This document shows positions 48,657 to 64,000 of a DNA stretch of 64,000 bases, piece by piece (position 1 is the first letter of the stretch; each line of letters begins with the position of its first letter). A program made the translations under genes and the position numbers. The notes under the pieces are model-generated. The model did no database searches and had not been told where the DNA came from. It worked only from the letters and a program-made list of their open reading frames with translations. This stretch comes from the human T2T-CHM13v2.0 reference genome, Homo sapiens, in NCBI RefSeq assembly GCF_009914755.1, contig NC_060941.1. One strand, 5' to 3'.

Positions 48657-51389
48657 CTAACAGGTCATTCACTCTTTAGAGTTGCAGTAAATAGCAATGC
48701 TCAAACGCCCAGCTAGTTTTTTGTATTTAAAATTATTTGTATTTAAATCTTAAAAAATATTTTTAAAAATACATTTTACTAGGTTCTTATTTCAACACAA
48801 ACTGAACTCATCAGCTGTAGCAGTATGTTGAAAAACAACTGTTGCCATTCAGCTGATATTAACAGCTCAGAACTGTTTTCTATGTCTAAATTTCAGGTTA
48901 ACGATATCAGCCAAAATCTATCTTCTCATACCTATTCTCAAAGGAACGGTCTTACAAAACTAATAATCTGGTCGAGTGCGGTGGCTCACACCTGTAATCC
49001 CAGCACTCTGGAAGGCAGAGGCAGGCGGATCACCTAATGTCAAGAGTTGGAGACCAGCCTGACCAACATGGTGAAACCCCGTCTCTACTAAAAAATACAA
49101 AATTAGCTGGGCATGGTGGGGCATTCCTGTAATCCCAGCTACTTGGGAGGCTGAGGCATGAGAATCACTTGAACTCGGGAGGCGGAGGTTGCAGTGAGAC
49201 AAGATAGCACCGTTGCAGTGAGACAAGATAGCACCATTGCACTCCAGCCTGGGCAATAAGAGCTAAACTCCGTCTCAAAAACAAACAAACAAAAAAAAAA
49301 AATTCCTGCTTTTTCTTTGCCTAAATTTTTATCAAATATTTTGAACAGAAGCCACATGTATTTCTACACTACAAGAAAAGCATAAGTTCAGAAATAAGTA
49401 ATCATACCCCCTAGTCAAACTTAACTATAGGAAGGAAGGACAGGACAGGACAGGAAAGGAGGAGAAAAAAGAAATTAGCTGGGTATACTCAGGAGGCTGA
49501 GGCAGGAGGATGGCTTGAGCCCAGGAATTTGAGGCTGCAGTGTACTATGACAGCCTGGGCATCATAGCAATGTCTTTGAAAAAAAAAAGGATGGCCGGGC
49601 ACGGTGGCTCACGCCTGTAATCCCAGCACTCTGGGAGGCCGAGGCGGGAGGATCACAAGGTCAGGAGATCGGGACCATCATGGCTAACATGGTGAAACCC
49701 CATCTCTGCTAAAACTACAAAAAAAAATTAGCCAGGCGTGGTGGCGGGTACCTGTAGTCCCAGCCACTGCACTCTAGCCTGGGCGACAGAGCAAGACTCC
49801 ATCTCAAAAAAAAAAGGAAAAGGAAAAAGAAAAAAGAACACACCTCACCAATTTTGAAATGTGAACATACAACAAATAAAGCAATATTTTTTGGAACTCA
49901 TCACTTTGCATTGAATTAGGCATGGAACAAACACTAAGCATTTGTTAAGAGAACGATGCTCTGGATTTAAATTATATATCCTGTATTCTAAGATCCTCAT
50001 TACTCAATTGATAGGCAAGCCTGGACCTGGGGGGAAGTGGACTAATCAGAAACACAACCCTGCATTCCTTCCCTTTGGCTGACTTATACAAATATAAGAA
50101 TAAAATTTAATTGACAAAGGATAACAGCATTTATAAGTAAGATTGTTATGCTGGAGATATGTTAATTAAGTCCTCTGGATTAAAGGCTAAAACTCAATTT
50201 TACCTGCATGAATTGATTACAGAGAAAATTACCAGGTCCTTTGCTCCTTTTTAAGAGAACTGTGGTAGAACTTTTTAAGAGAACTGTTTCTGGTAGAAAA
50301 CAATTCTTAAGTCACACAACCTCAAAAGTTAAAAGTGCTGGCTTTTGAAGAGGTTGTTTGAAATGCTTTGGAAAAATGCACAACAGTTTAAGTAGTAAAT
50401 AATATTAAGCCATTACAAATCAGGACAAATATTAACAGACCTTCCATACAACTTCTATGTATCTCTTCAATATGCCCTTTGCCTACAGCACTCTGGGCAC
50501 AAAAATCTGGGGAAAACTAAGATCTGTTTATTGGAGCTTTTTACCTTCTACCCAGAAAAGTTAGTTCGTGTTTAATTCTGACATTACACAGTACTTAAGA
50601 CATTCAAAGCAACTGCAGTGATACAACTCTATGCTAAGTTTTTTTTAAATCAGTAAACTTAACCCACAACTCACAATATTTTAATCAGGAGCTCTGGAAG
50701 TAAGGGTATTTTTCTGTTTTTTTCCATACCCTCTGAGGTTGAAATTTTTTTGCTCTTTTACTCTGAATAATACCTAAACCCTCTCTAGGGAGAGAAATAT
50801 TTTATTCCTAAATGACATTATTAACGCATTTTTCTACAGATATTAAAGTACTGGAGATATGCTGTTTCCTGCTTATCAGGAAATTAAAATCCCTTTCATT
50901 TATGTAGTTTGATTTTTTATAGCGCTTTCACATATATTCACTTGAACGTATACACGACACAAACATATAACAAATTTAGACTTATCAGGCATACAAGATG
51001 ACCCTCAGCCTGAACTTATTCAAACTTAACTTACTCGATTTCACATCGTCTTGATGCTAACAAAATTAAGCATGAGCATAATGAAATCGGTATCACTGCC
51101 AGTTCTCAATGAACAAAAAGAAAACCAAATTCGCCCATTTCGCAAAGGAAAAGTACTCCCAATCAGACAATCGCAAAAAAAAGAACAAAATCTAAACCAT
51201 ACATTCACGTACATCTTTTCAACTCAGAGCTCCAAACGCAGCCGCCAACCACACAACTGCCCACAATCACAGCGGTAGCGCCTACTCTTAATTTTGAAGC
51301 TAGAGACTTAAGGAAACACACACACACACAAAACAGTTCTCAAGTTTGACAAAGTGGGGGAAAAGTCATTTTAAGTAAAGACAACGAGT

Positions 51390-52720
51390 TAATCAGGAGG
51401 CGATGAGCCCAGTCCTTCCGCCCCGCTTTCCCGCTTCCAGCCCTCGAACGAACCCTCCTCTAACCCCCGGGAGGCAGGAGTTCCAGCGGGGAGATGCGGG
51501 AAGCCTCAGACGAGCCCGCACGCCGCCGGAGACGCAGGGATCGAGGTCGGGGAGACAAAGAGCAGCCCGCGAAGAGCCCGGGCGGCGAGGGGCGGCCCGG
51601 CTCCGCCCTGCGCCCCTAACCGCCCGGGTAGTTGTCGGCACCGCCGGGGCGCCGCCGAGTGCGCGCCGCTTCTGTCCGGGCTCCCCGACCGTCGCCCGAC
51701 ACCTCCGCGGCCCAGGACACCCCCGAGCCGTTTCCCTCCCGATTTGGGAGCCGCGCGCCTGGGGACAAAGAGGGAGGGTGCGCCGGGGACAGTGGCAGGA
51801 CGCGGGCCGGCGACGCCCCTCCGGACTCGGCGGGAACCCCTCGGCGGCGCCCCCCTCCTTCTCCCGCTCTGGCCGCGCTCCTCCCCGGACCTCCGGAGGT
51901 TCTCCTCGGCCCCTCCCCGGGCTCCCCAAGAGTTCTCCCGCCTCCCCCTGGGACCCCGCCCCTGGCCCGCTTCTCCTCAGCCGGCCCTGCGGCCGCCCCT
52001 CACCCGGCGGCGGGTTCCCCCGGAGCCGCCTCCTCCGCCGGGCCTCGGCCCGTCCCGCCGGTCGCGGCCTCATGTGCCCCGCGTCGCCATCGCCTTCACC
52101 CTCGCCTCTCCTCCACCTCCTCCGCCGCTGCCGCCTTCGCCTCAGTCTCCAGCCGAGGCAGAAGCCGCTCCCGCCGCTGCCGCCGCCGCCGCCGCCTCCC
52201 GCTCCCGCCGCCGCGACCCGCGGGAAGGCGCCTGCGCACTGCGCGCTGCGGTGGGGGCGGGGGCGTCCCGCCGCGGCCCGGGAGCGGGGGGCGCGCGGCA
52301 CGTGGCGCTCGAGTGGGAGGGGGGCGCCCCAGAACGCGCGGGAAGCGACGCGAGCGCCAACTTTCCGCGGTCGAGTCCTCGCCGCTCTCTCGGATAGTCC
52401 GGGACGCGGCGGAGGCGCGGCGCGCGTGGGAGTCACCCGCGTGGAGTCTGGACCCCGGGTGGGCGCAGACTTCGCTCCGGACAGTTCATTCTTCCAAGCT
52501 GATTTTCGGGCGAGAGTCCCCCGCCAGCCGCGCCTCAGTTTGAGCGGGCCGCTAACGGCGCCGTGGGTTCTCGCCTTACCTGGGTATCCTGGGTTGGTTT
52601 AGCGGGCCCAGAGTTGTCTTCTGCGCGCTCCGCCGAGGCCTTGGTCCATTGTAGCACGGGATGCTAATGTCTCCTCCCAGGTTCTGCTCTACAATTCCTC
52701 GAGGATCTGGCGGGCCCTGC
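51390..52720. promoter_or_regulatory. GJC1: CpG island / TATA-less GJC1 promoter; NRF1-like GCGCCTGCGCA 52228-52238, GC box 52253-52263, CACGTG 52299-52304
   Basis: Very high GC and CpG density over about 1.3 kb; motifs read directly. Confidence 0.9.
52004..52225 (-). other. GJC1: GJC1 first exon (proximal, GC-rich; TSS approximate)
   Basis: CGG|gtgagg donor at 52004/52003 in the island core, just downstream of the NRF1/GC boxes; contains (GGC)6. Confidence 0.75.
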
Positions 52721-52780
52721 GTGGATCTAGCTAGAGTCGGGGCTCTTAGCAGTGCTCTAGATACTTTTCAGGTCCTGAAC
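52580..52780 (-). other. GJC1: GJC1 alternative (distal) first exon; TSS approximate
   Basis: Consensus donor CAG|gtaagg at 52580/52579 at the island edge. Confidence 0.6.
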
Positions 52781-54002
52781 TTCTCGGATTAGCAAGACCC
52801 TAATAGGCTATTTCCTCTTAACTCTTTGCATCCCAGCAGGATCCCATTCAGAGGACTTGGGAAAAATTTTCATGCATAGGAATCCCCAGTTTTAAAATGC
52901 CCAGTAGGAAACCGAAAATTCTCCAAATGCTTTAAGTAGAGTAAGACTTTGGGTAATAAAGGAAGGCTCAGTAAAGAGATGGGCGACCTCTGGAATGATC
53001 TCATCTGAGCATCAGAATGCCGATGGACAGGCTTTTATTATTTTGCCCTTTTGACCAGAGGGGAAATTAAGCGCTAACAAGTGAGGTTACTTGCTGCAAG
53101 TCAAACTCCCCCACCCAAAGCCAAGCCCTAAGGGGTAGCCCCAGAGTGGAAATCTTGAAGGCTAGGCATCTAATGCACTGACCAGTTTTGTGTGGCCAGT
53201 ATGTTTTCCAAAAATATGAATTAGTTACCAAAATATTAAAATCCAGATTTCTGGCCTCCCTAAAAAGTCAAAAGCTGCTTACTTTGAGCTTCTCTTTTCA
53301 CATGGCAGCTCCTCTTGAGTCACCTTGTCCGGGTAGGCAATGTCCCCACTCAGCTGCTTAAATCATTTCATGACCTGCTTGGCCTCGGAGCATTTAAGTA
53401 CTTCTCCCTGTGATTGCTGTAGTCTGTCCCCACGCCTTATCACATTGCCTCTCTACAGATGTATTTAAAATGACAAGTGTGGGATGGGCGCGGTGGCTCA
53501 CGCCTGTAATTCCAGCACTTTGGGAGGCCTAGGCAGGCGGATTGCTTGAGCCCTGGGGTTCCAGACCAGCCTGGACAATATGGCAAAACCCCCATCTCTA
53601 CAAAAAATACAAAAATTAGCCGGGTGTGGTGACGCGCACCTGTGATCCTAGCTACTCCAAGCATGAGGTGGGAGGATCGCTTGAGCCCGGGAGGTCAAGG
53701 CTGCAGTAAGCTGAGATAGCGCCACTGCACTCCAGCCTGAGCGACAGAGTGAGACCCTGTCTCAAAAAAATAAGTGAAAAAAATAAAATGACCAGGGTGA
53801 AAACTCTGAAAATACCTGGAAATAATAAATAGCATGTAACTAAAATAACACAGGAAACAACATCATTGTACCTGTTGAATAAAATATTAAAATTCTCACA
53901 GCCTGCAACTGTAAACTAGTACAAATAACTTTTTTGTTTTGTTTTGTTTTGAGGGAGAGTCTCACTCTGTCGCCAGGCTGGAGTGCAGTGGGCGCCATCT
54001 AG

Positions 54003-54167
<165 letters not shown>

Positions 54168-54233
54168 TGATCCGCCTGCCTCGGCCTCCCAAAGTGCTGG
54201 GATTACAGGCATGAGCCACCGTGCCTGGCCTAA

Positions 54234-54461
<228 letters not shown>

Positions 54462-54560
54462 TGACCTCAAGTGATCTGCCCGCCTTGGCCTCCCAAAGAG
54501 CTGGGATTACAGACATGAGCCACCGTGCCCAGCGGACTTTGCAAAACTGGCAATATCTAC

Positions 54561-55656
<1,096 letters not shown>

Positions 55657-56443
55657 CTACTAAAGCTGAACCTATGAATACACTATGCCTTTGGAATTCC
55701 ATGGCAATTCCACGAAAATGTGTACAAATGTTCACCAAAATACTTGTACTAGAGTATTCATAGCAGCACTATTTATAATAAGTCAAAAAACTAGAAACTA
55801 CCCAAAATGCCTGTCAACCGTAGAATGGCTAAATTGTGTTACGTACATTATGCTGCAATGAAAATGAACAATCTACATTTACACATAAGATGGATCTCAC
55901 AAAAGTTTTCATTTACAAAAACTTCAAAAACAGACAAAACTGGCCAGGTGCTGTGGCTCATGCCTGTTATCCCAGCGCTTAGGGAGGCCAAGGTGGGCGG
56001 ATCACTTGAGCTCAGTAGTTCAAGACCAGCCTTAGCAACATGGCAAAACCTTACCTCTACAAAAAATACAAAAATTAGCCAGGCATGGTTGCATGTGCCT
56101 GGAGTCTCAGCTACTCCAGAGGCTGAGGTGGTGAGGTGGGAAGATCACTTGAGCTGGGGAAGTTGAGGCTGCAGTGAGCTGTGATTGTGCCACTGAACCA
56201 CTGCACCACTGCACTCCAGCCTGGGTTACAGAGCAAGACCGCGTTTAAAAAAAAACAAAACAACAACAACAACAAAAAAAAACAAGCAAAACTAATCCAT
56301 GCCGTTAGAAGTAGGGACAGTTGGCCAGGCGCAGTGGCTCACGCCTGTAATCCCAGCACTCTGGGAGGCCGAGGGGAGCAGATCACCTAAGGTCAGGAGT
56401 TCAAGACCAGCCTGGCTAACATGGTGAAAACCCATTTCTACTA

Positions 56444-56658
<215 letters not shown>

Positions 56659-57506
56659 CTAAACCCCGTCTCTACTAAAAATACAAAAATTAGCTGGGCG
56701 TGGTGGCGCATGCCTGTAATCCCAGCTACTCCGGAGGCTGAGACGAGAATTGCTTGAACCAGGGAGTTGGAGGTTACAGTGAGTGGAGATTGTGCCACTG
56801 CACTCCAGCCTGGGTATAGAGCAAGGCTCCGTCTCAAAAAAAGAAGAAGTAAGGCCAGTGGGCTGGGCACAGTGGCTCACGCCTATGATCCCAGCACTTT
56901 GGGAGGGTGAGGCAGGTGGATCACCTGAGGTCAGAAGTTTGAGACCAGCCTGGCTAACATGGTGAAACCCCATTTCTACTAAAAATACAAAAAATTAGCT
57001 GGGCGTGGTGGTGTGAGCCTGTAATCCCTGCTACTTGGGAGGCTGAGTTGGAGGTTGCAGTGAGCCGAGATTGCGCCACTGCACTCCAGCCTGGGGACAG
57101 AGCAAGACTTGGTCTCAAAAAAAAAATTAGAAGGATAGTGGGCTGGGCACAGTGCCTCACACCTGTAATCCCAGCATTTTGGGAGGATGAGGCAGGTGGA
57201 TCACCTGAGGTCAGGAGTTCGAGACCAGCCTGACCAATATGGTGAAACTCTGTCTCTACTAAAAATACAAAAATTAGCTGGGTGTGGTGGCATGCGTCTG
57301 TGAGAACTGCTTGAACCCAGGAGGCAGAGGTTGCAGTGAGCCAAGCTCCCGCCACTGTACTCCAGCCTGGGTGACAGAGTAAGACTCTGTCTCAAAAAAA
57401 AAAAAAAAAGAAAGAGAGAAGTAAGGAAGGATAGTGGTTACTTGGCAGGCAGGATAGTTACTGGAAAGGAGCATGAGGGGTTTTTGGGGGGCTGGCCTTG
57501 TTCTGT

Positions 57507-59683
<2,177 letters not shown>

Positions 59684-59749
59684 CTGTTCTTGAGCTGGGC
59701 GCTGAATACACAGGTGTGTTCAGTTAGTACACTGACCTGCATACTTGGT

Positions 59750-63880
<4,131 letters not shown>

Positions 63881-64000
63881 GAGAAGTTATTGATTACTCC
63901 TGCTAATGGGAGAGAGGTATTAGTGGGAAACACCACCCTCCCTCTCCACTAATCCCAGCAGTTTCAGTTAACCTGTGGGACACATTATACTGCTTCTCCC

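Noticed and set aside
51393-52602. Long ORFs (347, 399, 303, 217 aa) on both strands
   Set aside because: Stop-codon scarcity in a CpG island; low-complexity R/P/G/A content. Only the part inside exon 1 is kept, as the spliced upstream ORF

Overview
Human-type, extremely Alu-dense genomic DNA (about 100 Alu copies; most ORFs in the track are Alu artefacts). The left end holds the last four coding exons and 3' UTR of ADAM11 (+ strand). The centre holds the complete GJC1/connexin-45 gene (- strand): a CpG-island promoter with two alternative non-coding first exons, a 76-nt exon 2, a single coding exon, and a long 3' UTR with seven Alus in mixed orientation. Other elements are three ERV1 solo LTRs with 4-bp TSDs, a MER85 piggyBac MITE, and Tigger3, L1, L2 and MIR fragments. 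The most interesting items need splicing to be seen. (1) The GJC1 leader carries a strong-Kozak 6-codon uORF whose stop overlaps (AUGA) the start of a 101-codon ORF that spans three exons and overlaps the Cx45 start out of frame. (2) A consensus splice donor 39 nt after the Cx45 stop could swap the Alu-rich UTR for an Alu-free last exon, or circularise the whole ORF. (3) Read-through of a weak ADAM11 donor gives a tail, RYDPTQQGAV, that resembles the ADAM23 C-terminus. Gene and repeat-family names come from recognition, not from a database search.
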